64,000 nucleotides of DNA from positions 352,001 through 416,000 of the forward strand of contig CAVQNT010000006.1 of assembly GCA_963714275.1 (NCBI GenBank), read 5' to 3'. Below the pieces are notes generated by a model. It had not been told where the DNA came from. It ran no database searches and worked only from the letters and a program-made list of their open reading frames with translations. Both the position numbers and the translations under genes were made by a program. This document shows, one piece after another, positions 32,222-42,766 of this stretch. This DNA is from Candidatus Bathyarchaeota archaeon (GTDB taxonomy: Archaea; Thermoproteota; Bathyarchaeia; Bathyarchaeales; DTEX01). Numbering within the stretch: position 1 is the stretch's first letter; each line of letters opens with the position of its first letter.

Positions 32222-33340
32222 GTGAAAGTTAAGGTGCAAAGCTTGGAAAAAGTAAGGTTTGGCGTTATCGGAGCGAAGGGCATCGGCAGAACCCACATGG
32301 AAGGCATCGGTTCCTGCGGGAAAGCAAAGCTTGTGGCTGTGGCTGACATAAATGAGGCTGAAGGAAGGGTGGCAGCTTCAAAGTACGGCGCCAAATGGTA
32401 CATGGACTACGAAAAAATGCTTGAACGGAAAGACTTGGACGCAGTTTCTATTTGCACTCCACACTTCCTGCATTGCCCAATGACGCTGAAGGCTCTGGAG
32501 CACGGCAAACACGTTTTGGTCGAGAAGCCCATGGCGATTTCGGTCAGCGAAGCCGACAGGATGGTTGATAAAGCCAGAAGCGTAGGGTTAAAGCTGGGTG
32601 TGGTCTTTCAATATAGGACTTTTCCTGTTTACAGGGAGATTAAGCAGCTCATAGAATACGGTGAAATCGGCAAAATCTACAGAGTCAACATGGAAGCCTG
32701 CACTTTCCGAACCCAAACCTACTACGAAAGCGACTCTTGGAGGGGCAAATGGGCAACCGAAGGCGGCGGGGCTTTGATTAACCAGACGATTCACAACATC
32801 GATTTGCTTCAATGGCTCGTCGGAAAACCCTCGAGGCTCATGGGGCAAATAGACACGATGTACCACAACGTTGAGGTTGAGGACATAGCCTCCGCAGCGA
32901 TAAAGTTTGAGAACGGAGCCCACGGAACACTACAAGCGAGCATCGTCGATGTCGTCGAAGCGACGAGGCTCGAAATCTGTGGCGAAAAAGGAAAAATCGA
33001 ATCCGACGGAGACGCCAAACGGGCGGTCATGAGTAAAACCCTCAAGGAATGCATCGCTGACAAAAAGGTTTGGGGCGGAAGACCTGAATGCCAGTGGCAC
33101 GAAGTCAAGCCAAAAACGGAGGATAAGGGAGGACATACAGCCGTTATAAAGGAATATTGCGAAGCTTTGATCGAGGGCAGAGAGCCACCTATTCCCGGAG
33201 AAGACGGACGAAATTCCATAGAAATCATAAATGCCATTATCCTCTCGTCGTTCGAAGGACGGGCAGTCACTTTCCCAGTGGACAGAAACGCCTACGACAA
33301 CCTAATGCAAAAACTATCGAAAAAATCTAGGACAATTTGA
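32222..33340 (+). CDS. Gfo/Idh/MocA family oxidoreductase
   Basis: GVIGAKGIG, HVLVEKPMA and GGGALINQTIHNID. Confidence 0.9.
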   Translation: MKVKVQSLEKVRFGVIGAKGIGRTHMEGIGSCGKAKLVAVADINEAEGRVAASKYGAKWYMDYEKMLERKDLDAVSICTPHFLHCPMTLKALEHGKHVLVEKPMAISVSEADRMVDKARSVGLKLGVVFQYRTFPVYREIKQLIEYGEIGKIYRVNMEACTFRTQTYYESDSWRGKWATEGGGALINQTIHNIDLLQWLVGKPSRLMGQIDTMYHNVEVEDIASAAIKFENGAHGTLQASIVDVVEATRLEICGEKGKIESDGDAKRAVMSKTLKECIADKKVWGGRPECQWHEVKPKTEDKGGHTAVIKEYCEALIEGREPPIPGEDGRNSIEIINAIILSSFEGRAVTFPVDRNAYDNLMQKLSKKSRTI

Positions 33341-33401
33341 GCTGCTTTTGACTTTTTTGTGTTAATAAGGCTTTAATATATAGTCAGCTTTTACTTTTTT
33401 T

Positions 33402-33653
33402 ATGCAATATGTAGCAAGGGTTGAAGTTGGTCTTAAGCCAGGCCATTCTGACCCTGAAGGCGAAACGACGAAGGACTCTCTTGTGGAACTGAATTATGCA
33501 GTTGATTCCGTTAAGGTCAGCAAGGTCTACGAGCTGCACATCGAGGCTTCGTCTCTTGAGGCTGCGAAGAAACTGGTTGACGAAATGTGCCGTAGGCTTC
33601 TCGCTAACCCCGTGAAGGACAATTACATTATTCGTGTAGAGGAAAACCGATGA
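33402..33653 (+). CDS. purS: Phosphoribosylformylglycinamidine synthase subunit PurS
   Basis: LKPGHSDPEG and LLANPVKD; directly upstream of purL. Confidence 0.95.
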   Translation: MQYVARVEVGLKPGHSDPEGETTKDSLVELNYAVDSVKVSKVYELHIEASSLEAAKKLVDEMCRRLLANPVKDNYIIRVEENR

Positions 33654-36031
33654 GCCAACATCCGTATGTAAAGAAAGAGGTTCCGTTCGAGCTGTACGAA
33701 GTTAAGATCACAAAATCTGATAAACGTCAGCTCACCCAAATCAGCGAAGAAATGGGTCTGGCTCTTAACCTCAACGAAATGGTGGCTGTACAAAAATATT
33801 TTGCCCAAAAAAATAGGAATCCGACGGACGTTGAGCTCCAGACTTTAGGTCAAACGTGGTCTGAACACTGTTTCCACAAAACCTTCAAGGGAACAGTTGT
33901 AACGCCTGAAGGCAAGGAGATAAAATCTCTTTTCAAGACGTACATCGCCAAAGCCACGCGTGAGCTGAACAAGCCGTGGTGTATCTCAGTTTTTGAGGAC
34001 AACGCGGGCATAGTTCAATTCCAAGGCGACATAGCCATTGCAGCGAAGGTCGAAACCCACAACCACCCGTCAGCCATTGAGCCTTTCGGCGGAGCTGCAA
34101 CTGGGACAGGCGGAGTAATCCGTGACATACTCGGTGTGTGGGCTGACCCCATAGCCTGCACCGACGTTCTCGGGTTTGGCCCGCTTGACTACGATTTCAA
34201 CAAGTTGCCCCAAGGCGTCAAGCATCCTAAGTACGTTTATAGAGGCGTCGTCGCTGGAATTGGGAGTTACGGGAACAACATGGGCATCCCAACAGTCAAT
34301 GGAGCCATCTACTTTGACGAGAGCTACATGGGAAACGTGGTCGTCTACTGCGGATGCATAGGAACGCTGCCAGTAAAGAAGTACGTAAAGGACGCTAAGC
34401 CGGGGCACCGCCTCGTCTTGGCTGGGGGAAGAACGGGAAGAGACGGAATCCACGGTGTAACCTTCGCCTCGTTGGAGCTCACCGAAAAATCAGAGGAAGT
34501 TTCTAGACCAGCTGTCCAGATTGCCAACCCTATAGAGGAGGAGAAGCTTAAACGAGCAATCGTAAAAATCAGGGACATGGAGATGGCTTCGTCCATTACT
34601 GACCTTGGAGGTGGAGGACTGTCCAGCGCCCTAGGCGAGGCTGCTCACAGATTTGAGTGTGGAGCAAACGTCGAGCTTGAGAGGGTTTCACTGAAGTACC
34701 CGAACATTCCGCCTTGGGAGATCTACATCTCCGAATCTCAGGAAAGAATGCTTATCACCGTGCCCGAGAAGAATCTGAAGAAAGTCTTGGAGATTTTCGC
34801 ATCCGAAGACGTTGAAGCCACCAACATAGGATTTTTATCATCTGAGCAAGTTTTGATGTTAAGTTACGATGGGAATGTAGTTGCTGAAATAGACATGGGA
34901 TTCCTCTTTAACCCTCCGAAGGTTCAGAGAAGGGCTGAATGGGAAAAACCCAAGCATGTTGAGCCAAGTTTTGATGAACCCGAAGGCTTAACGGATGTTT
35001 TGGTTGATTTGTTGTCTTCACCGAACATCGCCAGCAAAGAGGCAGTGATAAGGTCCTACGACCATGAAGTTAAGGGAAACACGGTCCTGAAGCCTCTGTG
35101 CGGAAAATGTGCGGGTCCAAGCGACGCTGCGGTCATTAAACCATTGGATGATTCCTATCGGGGGCTCGTGATTTCGTGCGGGATGAACCCGCAATACGGG
35201 AAAATCGACGCTTACTGGATGGCGGCTTCAAACATTGACGAAGCCATACGGAACAACGTTGCGGTAGGTGGGCAGAGAATCGCGCTTCTAGACAACTTCG
35301 TTTGGGGCAGCCCCGAAAAACCCGACAGAATTGGCTCACTCGTCAAAGCCTGTGAAGCCTGCTACGATTTCACCAAGGGCTTCGAAACCCCGTTCATCTC
35401 GGGCAAAGACAGCCTATACAATGAGTCGCCTTTGGGACCGGTTACGCCGACGCTTTTGATAACTGCAATTGGCATAATCTCTGATGTTAAGAAAACGGTT
35501 TCGATGGACCTGAAGACGCCGGGAGACCTTGTTTACCTTTTTGGGCAGACGTATCCGGAGCTAGGCGGCTCAGAATACTACAGGACGAAAGGTTTCATTG
35601 GACGCTCAGTTCCATTGGTCAGACTGAACGAAGCTAAACGGACAATGGATTTTATCTCAAAAGCCATCGAGGCTGGCTACGTAAGAGCTTGCCACGACTT
35701 GTCTGAGGGTGGATTGGCTGTAGCAGCAGCTGAGATGGCATTCTCAAGCGGTTTTGGATTGGATGTTTGGTTAAACAAGTTTCCTCAATCTGAACCTGTA
35801 AGAAGAAATGATTATGTCCTGTTCTCTGAGTCGAACAGCCGGTTTCTAATTGAAGTCTCCGAAAAAATGATAGGCGATTTCGAGGCTACAATGAAAGGCG
35901 CAAACTTTGCTCAAATCGGTAAAATCAAGAAAGAAAAATGCTTGTCGATTCACGGTTTAGGCGAAGAAACAGTCATCGAGGCTGATTTGGACGACTTGAG
36001 AGACGCTTGGAAGAAAACTTTTGGAGGATGA
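33650..36031 (+). CDS. purL: Phosphoribosylformylglycinamidine synthase subunit PurL
   Basis: WSEHCFHK, KVETHNHPSAIEPFGGAATG, DLGGGGL, SESQERM and HDLSEGG. Confidence 0.97.
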   Translation: MSQHPYVKKEVPFELYEVKITKSDKRQLTQISEEMGLALNLNEMVAVQKYFAQKNRNPTDVELQTLGQTWSEHCFHKTFKGTVVTPEGKEIKSLFKTYIAKATRELNKPWCISVFEDNAGIVQFQGDIAIAAKVETHNHPSAIEPFGGAATGTGGVIRDILGVWADPIACTDVLGFGPLDYDFNKLPQGVKHPKYVYRGVVAGIGSYGNNMGIPTVNGAIYFDESYMGNVVVYCGCIGTLPVKKYVKDAKPGHRLVLAGGRTGRDGIHGVTFASLELTEKSEEVSRPAVQIANPIEEEKLKRAIVKIRDMEMASSITDLGGGGLSSALGEAAHRFECGANVELERVSLKYPNIPPWEIYISESQERMLITVPEKNLKKVLEIFASEDVEATNIGFLSSEQVLMLSYDGNVVAEIDMGFLFNPPKVQRRAEWEKPKHVEPSFDEPEGLTDVLVDLLSSPNIASKEAVIRSYDHEVKGNTVLKPLCGKCAGPSDAAVIKPLDDSYRGLVISCGMNPQYGKIDAYWMAASNIDEAIRNNVAVGGQRIALLDNFVWGSPEKPDRIGSLVKACEACYDFTKGFETPFISGKDSLYNESPLGPVTPTLLITAIGIISDVKKTVSMDLKTPGDLVYLFGQTYPELGGSEYYRTKGFIGRSVPLVRLNEAKRTMDFISKAIEAGYVRACHDLSEGGLAVAAAEMAFSSGFGLDVWLNKFPQSEPVRRNDYVLFSESNSRFLIEVSEKMIGDFEATMKGANFAQIGKIKKEKCLSIHGLGEETVIEADLDDLRDAWKKTFGG

Positions 36032-36034
36032 CTG

Positions 36035-36853
36035 ATGAAAAAGGAAGACATAAAAGTATGCATTATTAGGGTGGGCGGAACTAACTGCGACGCTGAAACA
36101 AGACGGTCCTTCGAAGACCTCGACGTCAGGGCGGAAGTCCTCCATCTGAACGAGATTGTAAAGAAAAAATGCCTGCTTAAATACGATGTTTTGGTGTTTC
36201 CGGGGGGTTTCTCCTTCGGCGACTATGTAAGGGCTGGAGCCATTCTGGCAAAAGACTTCTCTGCCAAGCTTGGAAAGTGCTTGAGAGCCTTTATTGAGGA
36301 AGGTAAACCTGTTCTAGGCATATGCAACGGTTTCCAAGTTCTCGTTGAGTCCGGTCTTCTGCCAGCATTCAACGGAGTCAGTAAATATCCAGAGGCTGTC
36401 CTTGCCACGAATGTGCCAATCGGTTATAGGTGCAGGTGGGTCTACTTAAGACACGAAAATTTAGGCAACTGTCTTTTTACGAGAAAAATTCCAAAAGGTA
36501 AGGTTCTGAGAATCCCCGTTGCTCATGGTGAGGGCAGGTTTATTTTCCCCAAAGACGCTGAAGACGAGTGTCTTAAAAAACTCAAAGACAATGATCAGCT
36601 TGTCTTCAGGTACTGCGACGAGACGGGACAAGAGGCGCAAGGAAAATATCCAGATAATCCGAACGGATCATTCAGCGACATTGCAGGAATCTGCAGCCCA
36701 GATGGAACTGTTTTCGGGTTGATGCCTCATCCTGAAAGAGCCTTTTATGGCTGGCAGCTACCAGACTGGACAAGAGACGGAAAGCCAACGGAATATGGCG
36801 ACGGAAAACTCATCTTTGAATCCATTGTCGAATATGTTACGAAGAAATTTTAG
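36035..36853 (+). CDS. purQ: Phosphoribosylformylglycinamidine synthase subunit PurQ
   Basis: GTNCD, PGGFSFGD, GICNGFQ and GLMPHPER. Confidence 0.97.
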   Translation: MKKEDIKVCIIRVGGTNCDAETRRSFEDLDVRAEVLHLNEIVKKKCLLKYDVLVFPGGFSFGDYVRAGAILAKDFSAKLGKCLRAFIEEGKPVLGICNGFQVLVESGLLPAFNGVSKYPEAVLATNVPIGYRCRWVYLRHENLGNCLFTRKIPKGKVLRIPVAHGEGRFIFPKDAEDECLKKLKDNDQLVFRYCDETGQEAQGKYPDNPNGSFSDIAGICSPDGTVFGLMPHPERAFYGWQLPDWTRDGKPTEYGDGKLIFESIVEYVTKKF

Positions 36854-36962
36854 TCAAATTTGCAGTTTCCTTCTTCCTCAAGCATTATTAGTTTCTATCG
36901 GCATACTAAGAAAGCCAAATTCGCGTTCAAACATGTTGAGGTCGGAGTGTAAACAAAAGTTG

Positions 36963-38037
36963 ATGAAGGACGGCAAACTTTACGGAAAACCGAAACTGAA
37001 AGTGGTCCTCTACGGCGCAGGATGGATAGGCAGCAGCATAACACAATTACTAACAAAGAAAAAGGGAGTAGAAATCGTCGGAGCAGTTGACTCTTCGCCA
37101 AGCAAAATTGGACGTGACTTAGGCTCAATTATAGGAACCGACAAACCCTTAGGTGTCGTCGTAACGAATGACATAGCGAAATTGCTGTCCGAAGTAAAAC
37201 CCGATGTTGTCGTTCACGCTACATCTTCTTTTCTCAAGGACGTTTATCCGCAGTTCGAAGAAATCGTCAAACACGGCGTAAACGTGGTTTCAACGTGCGA
37301 GGAGCTTTCATACCCCTATGTCTCAAGTAGCGATTTGACGGCTAAACTTGACAAACTGGCAAAAAAACACAGGGTCACAGTTTTGGGCACAGGAATCAAT
37401 CCCGGATTCGTCATGGACGCTCTGCCGATTACTTTAACAAGCGTCTGCCAAGAAATTAGGCGCATTCAAGTTGAAAGGGTCATGGACGCGGCGGGTCGAA
37501 GGGCGCCTTTCCAGAAAAAGATCGGTGCTGGGCTTTCGGTTGACGAATTCAAAGAAAAAATCGCGGACAAACAGATTACGGGTCACATTGGCTTGGAGCA
37601 GTCGGTCGCCATGATAGACTGATGCGTTGAGGTGGAAGCTTCAAGCCGTCGAAATAGGCGCTGTTGAACCCATCGTCGCTGAGAAACCTGTTGAAAGCAA
37701 TGCTGTGAAGGTTGAACGTGGAAAAGTTGCTGGTCTAAGGCAATCCGTTCGCGGCATAATGGATGGCAAGCCCGTCATAACGTTGTTGTTCAAGGCGTAC
37801 ATTGGCGCGGAAGAGGAATACGATTCAATTACGATCGAGGGCACGCCCAACATACACGAAAAGATCAGCCCATGCGTACACGGCGACCTCGCGACAGCAG
37901 CCATGATCGTCAATTCAATTCCCAAAGTCATCAACGCGGAGCCTGGCTTGAAAACGATGAAGGACTTGCCTATGCCATCCGCTGTTCTTGAGGACATTAG
38001 GCTTTACGTGGATTCGTTTATATCCAAAAATGCGTAA
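36963..38037 (+). CDS. Dihydrodipicolinate-reductase-like / 2,4-diaminopentanoate dehydrogenase family protein; frameshift near 37620
   Basis: YGAGWIG, NVVSTCEELSYP, GTGINPGF and HGDLATAA. Confidence 0.8.
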
Positions 38038-38076
38038 AAACTGAAAAAACCAAGAGAATTACGTTTAACGATCTTT

Positions 38077-39063
38077 TTAGATTGGCGGCAGCGCACGTTT
38101 TCTTTCCTGTAACGGAATCTTCGTCCATTTCATGAATTCTTGGGAAGGCGGCTCAGTTTTGTAAAGGATTTTTCTATGTGCCTCCAAAAGTTTGTTTGTT
38201 TGCCCAGTGTACTCAGCAGCTGTCAATATTTGATGCCCAAGACCAGACGCCTTGTCGATGGCGGATTGCGTGGTTTTCGTCCAGTTTTCGTCTCTGAGGA
38301 TGTGGTGGTCCAGAATTGTTTCTGGCACGTTTTCCCCGATGGTTTCAAGGTTCAACATTGCTGCCTCGATTTTTTGTGGGCTAACCTTATACTGGGCAAG
38401 GTAAACTGGAGGACCACCCACAATTGCCAGCATAGGCTTTTCTTCTAGGATGATTTTGGCTGTTCTGTCAGACATGGGTCCTTGAACATCAGGCGCGAAA
38501 AGCACCTTTTCCTCTTTATGTTCAATTGCCGTCATTAGTACCCAGCCCAGCTCTGAACCTTCTTCGCCATGGCAAACTGGGACAGAAAACCTCATAGACG
38601 TTTCTCCGAACCTGAATGTTCTGCCATCAACGAACTCGAGCCTTGAAGCCTTTTTTCCAGACGTTTTATGGAACATCCAACCCCGCTGCCTTTGGCTGGG
38701 ATTAATGTTCGACTTGTAACTCTTCACGAAAACAATTTTACCCGCATAAATCTTCTCGGCAATCTCAGCCGAAGACCAGTGGTTCACCCAGTCAGTGAAC
38801 GAAGGCGTGTGATGGTCAAAATGGTAATGGCTGATGGTCACAACGTCCGCTTTTTTAGCTAGATCTAGCATCCTATTTCGGCACTCCCTCAAAGCCACGT
38901 ACTCCTTGGGATGAGGAGTCAGTCCATAACGGTTCGGACACAACGAGACACCAGCATCCAAAAGAATGTTAATATCAGGAGTTTCAACATAGGTACACAT
39001 GGAACGGACGCCTAAGCTTTCGAAGGCTACGGGAACAATCTTGATGAAGCTAAGGTTTCTCAT
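38077..39063 (-). CDS. UPF0282-type metallo-beta-lactamase-fold hydrolase
   Basis: FESLGVRSM, ISHYHFDH, DVQGP and LDHHILRD. Confidence 0.85.
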   Translation of the reverse strand: MRNLSFIKIVPVAFESLGVRSMCTYVETPDINILLDAGVSLCPNRYGLTPHPKEYVALRECRNRMLDLAKKADVVTISHYHFDHHTPSFTDWVNHWSSAEIAEKIYAGKIVFVKSYKSNINPSQRQRGWMFHKTSGKKASRLEFVDGRTFRFGETSMRFSVPVCHGEEGSELGWVLMTAIEHKEEKVLFAPDVQGPMSDRTAKIILEEKPMLAIVGGPPVYLAQYKVSPQKIEAAMLNLETIGENVPETILDHHILRDENWTKTTQSAIDKASGLGHQILTAAEYTGQTNKLLEAHRKILYKTEPPSQEFMKWTKIPLQERKRALPPI

Positions 39064-39361
39064 CTAAACACCATATGCGTTGCTGTCCGTGTCGATGTAT
39101 TGTTTAAAGAATCGGTTTTCGCTTCTTATCTCAGTTCCTATAACAAAAGAAGCCTAACTATGATGGTGGCAATTTAATGTGTGGGTTCCACACTCAAGAT
39201 CTACATCATGCCTTATGAATCAGTAGGGTCAGAGCTGTCATCACCCACAAACATGGAATTGCATATGAACAATATTTAAGTTAACACCTGTTTCAGCTCA
39301 GACTGGAATTCATACCCATTTAGTCAAGCTTTTACCGAATTAACATGAATCAGACCCTTTA

Positions 39362-39526
39362 TCATACAAACGGAAAATTCTATTGTCACACAAAACAGGA
39401 CAGGTCTAAGACAGCACTGTTCGTTACACAAAATTGAAAATCGAATGTTACACAAATCAGATAGGTCTTAGACGATATTGTTTGTTGTTCAAAATGCAAA
39501 TTCAGTTGATGAACAAATCAGACCAG
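39362..39526 (-). repeat. 61-bp tandem repeat array (about 2.7 units), locus A of a dispersed family
   Basis: ACAAATCAGA at 39452 and 39513 gives a 61-bp period. It is the reverse complement of the array at 60675. Confidence 0.85.
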
Positions 39527-39643
39527 ACAGATCCGCATAAATCGAATAATAGAATAGTATAAACTTTTTTTTAAAAAAAATGAAATTGTTTCTTTACATG
39601 AAATAGAACTTTTGCAGAGTCAAACATACTAAGAATTATTGGA

Positions 39644-39844
39644 TTACCTTATTGTGGATTTTTCTTCTTTCTGGTAGTAGTCTGTCCATTTGAGTTTTCG
39701 TGCGTCTCGCTTCAGTTTCACAGCGCTTTTCCTACATTTGCTTGAACAGAACCACAGGATTGCGCCATCGCCTCTAATGTACATCATTCCTGTGCCCCGC
39801 GGAAACTCGTGACCGCAGAACGCGCATTTTTGGGATTTAGGCAT
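39644..39844 (-). CDS. rpl24e: 50S ribosomal protein L24e
   Basis: CAFCG..GTGMMY..FCSSKC..RKLKWT. Confidence 0.96.
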   Translation of the reverse strand: MPKSQKCAFCGHEFPRGTGMMYIRGDGAILWFCSSKCRKSAVKLKRDARKLKWTDYYQKEEKSTIR

Positions 39845-39913
39845 TTTCAGTTTCTCCGAATGTTAACTGCAAATAATCATCCAAGGTGGCTGATGCGAGG
39901 TTCAGTTGGTTTG

Positions 39914-40132
39914 CTACCTAATTTTTCGGGCTTCCCTTTCTGTCTCTCTCAACATAAGGATGTCTTCCAACCGAATTGGTCCCTTAATGTTCCTTGTTAT
40001 AATGCGTCCTTTGTCGGGACCTTCGAGGATTCTGACCCTAACCTGAATGATTTCGCCTGTTGATCCCGTTCTGCCGACAATTTGAATGACTTGCGCAGGA
40101 GTTTGGGCTACCTCGCTTTCTTTCTGGCTCAT
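39914..40132 (-). CDS. rps28e: 30S ribosomal protein S28e
   Basis: [29 protein letters not shown]. Confidence 0.96.
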   Translation of the reverse strand: MSQKESEVAQTPAQVIQIVGRTGSTGEIIQVRVRILEGPDKGRIITRNIKGPIRLEDILMLRETEREARKIR

Positions 40133-40518
40133 TAACTGGAACCTTCCTTGATCCTCCGTATCCGAGTCACAATTTCTGCGACTAGGTCGGATGCTTCTCC
40201 AGTCTCAACGATGCACACAGCGGCAGATTGAACATCGATTCCCACAGAATTTCCAAGTTTAACTTTACTTGGGACAAAAACGAAAGTGATCTTCCTTTCG
40301 TCGCATAGTATTGGAAGATGGGCAACCACTTCAGGCGGATCAACGTCCTCAGCTATGATGACAAGCTTCGCCTGTCCCCTTTCTATCGCTTTGGTTGTTT
40401 CATTGGTACCTTTACGTATGCTACCCGTTCGCGTTGCTATTTGAAGCGCCTCGTACGCAGCGTTGGCTACTTCTGCTGGTGTCTCAAACTTTATGAAGAA
40501 TGGTTTCGACATGTTCAT
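40132..40518 (-). CDS. rpl7ae: 50S ribosomal protein L7Ae
   Basis: [15 protein letters not shown] and [15 protein letters not shown]. Confidence 0.97.
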   Translation of the reverse strand: MNMSKPFFIKFETPAEVANAAYEALQIATRTGSIRKGTNETTKAIERGQAKLVIIAEDVDPPEVVAHLPILCDERKITFVFVPSKVKLGNSVGIDVQSAAVCIVETGEASDLVAEIVTRIRRIKEGSS

Positions 40519-40524
40519 TCACCG

Positions 40525-40551
40525 AAACTTCATCAACACATGTTTCAGTTT
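40525..40551 (-). promoter_or_regulatory. Kink-turn in the rpl7ae 5' UTR (putative autoregulatory element)
   Basis: AAACU-GA-AAC-AUGU-GUU-GAU-GA-AGUUU: C-stem, 3-nt bulge, tandem G.A pairs and a 5-bp NC stem, directly before the GGUGA Shine-Dalgarno. Confidence 0.75.
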
Positions 40552-40686
40552 ACGTTTAACCCTAACTGTGAACGTCTCCCTATATATGTTACGGTTTTAA
40601 TGTCAACATTGTAACCTAGAGATCAATAGGATATTAAAACAAAATGGCGAAAAATACTATTATAGGAAAAACGTAGACTCTACGGC

Positions 40687-40911
40687 TTAAACGCTTATGA
40701 CTTTTTTGACTTGGGGAACCTTGCTTTTCAGGTATCGTTCAACGCCTAACTGCAGAGTCATCTGAGACATGGGGCATCCTGCGCATGCACCCTTCAGCTT
40801 AACCTTGACGGTTCCTTCCTTGTCAACATCAACGAGTTCGATGTCTCCGCCGTCCGCCACAAGGTGCGGTCTAATCTCATTGATTATTTTCTCAACCTCG
40901 TCTTTCAACAC
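40687..40911 (-). CDS. NifU/NfuA C-terminal domain protein
   Basis: IRPHLVADGGDIELV and GACAGCPMS. Confidence 0.92.
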   Translation of the reverse strand: MLKDEVEKIINEIRPHLVADGGDIELVDVDKEGTVKVKLKGACAGCPMSQMTLQLGVERYLKSKVPQVKKVISV

Positions 40912-40971
40912 CCATTCGCTCCTGACCTGATTGACTTTGTTGTGATACCTTTCCGAAAATATAAACGTTCC

Positions 40972-42735
40972 TTATCTATGGGCATAAACCACCCCGATTT
41001 TTTCGTTCTTCTGATCAACCCTCACGAACCCAAAACGTTCAAACTGAACAATCTGACCGACCGAAACGTTACGGAACGCATCTTCCGCCAAACCTTTCAC
41101 TGATGAGCCGTCGGGTATCAAAACCTCGCATGAGACTCCTTCATCCACTGGCAACCAGTGAACCAATGGCACCCTTAGCCGTCTCGCATCATCGTAGGCT
41201 TCGCTGAAATAAGTAGCAGAGAATCCTGTTTCGGTTGCATCTTGAACTTTAACGTTGAAGATCTCCATCAACCGAATGACAGAACCATTCGCAAACAAAG
41301 CTTTATCCCTGCTTGAAACAAGAATCTCCGCTTCATCATTCCGAGGTTTAACGATAAGAGTTCGGTGTCCCCGTTCAGGATGGTCAGGAAGAAAGGGAAT
41401 ATGAGCCGCATACGGTTTTTTGACTCCTTTTACAGTAAGTTTTAACGGTTCTTGAACGAAGAAGAACCTGTCTGCTGTCGGATCAATAATTTTTTTATTG
41501 TAAGCGTAAAGGTTCTCCCAACTGAGGGTAATGTCAACGGGTCTCGGACCAATGTCCAGTATGAGATGCCTTAGGGCGCCAGGCTGTATTCCCCTGCGAC
41601 TCAAAGCCCTGAAAGTTGCAAGCCTAGGATCATCCCAACCCGTGTAGGTTCCATCCTGAACGCCGTGGACAATCTTCGACTTGCTCAATGTGGCTCCAAC
41701 AATCTTGAGCCTGCCGTAATGGATTGCTTCCGGATACTTCCACCCAAGATATGCGTAAAGGTACTCCTGCCTTCTCTGGTTTGCCAAGTGTTCTTTGCCA
41801 CGAATAACATGGGTGATGTCGTTAAGGTGATCGTCGACGCCGTTCGCAAAAGCAAAAAGCGGCCAGACACGATACTTCCTGCCTACCCTTGGATGAGGAT
41901 ACTTCTTGGGATCAACAATTCTGAAAGCTGGCCACTCTCGGATTGCGGGGTTCGGATGATCAAGGTCCGTTTTGACTCGTACGACAGCTTCACCTTCGCC
42001 GTATTCTCCGCTAAGCATGGCTTGCCAACGGTTCATGCTCTCTTCAGGGCTAAGGATTCTGCATGGACACGGTTCTCTGACGGTTACTTTTTCGTGGAAA
42101 TCCTCACGTTTGCATGTGCAGACGTAGGCGTGTCCGTCTTTCAGCAACTTCTCCGCATGCTTGTAGTAAATTTCGATGCGGTCGCTTTGTATGTATTCAG
42201 CATCCCATTCGCACCCAAGCCACCTTAGGTCTTCTCTGATTAAATCGTAAAATTTCAGGGCAGATTTCTTTAAGCGTGTATCTGTGTCTTCGAACCTCAA
42301 AATAAACAAGCCATCATACATATGTGCGTACTCGTGACTCAAAATCACAGCACGAGTCGACCCGATGTGAAGAACCGCGTCAGGGTTAGGAGCAAAACGC
42401 GTGACAACCTGCTTGTACTTTTCGACATTCGGCAACAGCGGAAGTCCTTTCTTCTCTTCAATTTTTCCCTTCTCCTCTAAGAGTGTTGGCCAAAGCTTTC
42501 TAACAATTTCCTTCTGTTTTTCCAAGGTGAAAGAGTTAACTTCGTGAACAACAGTGTCCACTAAAGAAGTGGCTTCTGCGACTTTCCCTCTTAACTCAGG
42601 ATTTTCAGCCAGCAACCTCCCGAGAATAGGTTTCGGTTGTGCCTTTCCTTCATGCTCGATGGCGTTTGTTAGGGCTATTTTGCGAATGGTTTCTTTGATT
42701 TCTAAATGTTTCCCGGAGTCTCTTGAACATACCAT
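40972..42735 (-). CDS. gltX: Glutamate--tRNA ligase (archaeal type)
   Basis: TRFAPNP, HIGS, RFEDTD, THVIRGKEH and LSKS..GWDDPRL. Confidence 0.96.
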   Translation of the reverse strand: MVCSRDSGKHLEIKETIRKIALTNAIEHEGKAQPKPILGRLLAENPELRGKVAEATSLVDTVVHEVNSFTLEKQKEIVRKLWPTLLEEKGKIEEKKGLPLLPNVEKYKQVVTRFAPNPDAVLHIGSTRAVILSHEYAHMYDGLFILRFEDTDTRLKKSALKFYDLIREDLRWLGCEWDAEYIQSDRIEIYYKHAEKLLKDGHAYVCTCKREDFHEKVTVREPCPCRILSPEESMNRWQAMLSGEYGEGEAVVRVKTDLDHPNPAIREWPAFRIVDPKKYPHPRVGRKYRVWPLFAFANGVDDHLNDITHVIRGKEHLANQRRQEYLYAYLGWKYPEAIHYGRLKIVGATLSKSKIVHGVQDGTYTGWDDPRLATFRALSRRGIQPGALRHLILDIGPRPVDITLSWENLYAYNKKIIDPTADRFFFVQEPLKLTVKGVKKPYAAHIPFLPDHPERGHRTLIVKPRNDEAEILVSSRDKALFANGSVIRLMEIFNVKVQDATETGFSATYFSEAYDDARRLRVPLVHWLPVDEGVSCEVLIPDGSSVKGLAEDAFRNVSVGQIVQFERFGFVRVDQKNEKIGVVYAHR

Positions 42736-42766
42736 TCTTTCTTGCCACCGAGGTCATGTAGATTGT

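Noticed and set aside
39362-39526. CRISPR array interpretation of the 61-bp periodicity
   Set aside because: The would-be spacers are conserved between units and loci, there are fewer than 3 units per locus, and no cas genes are present in the window.
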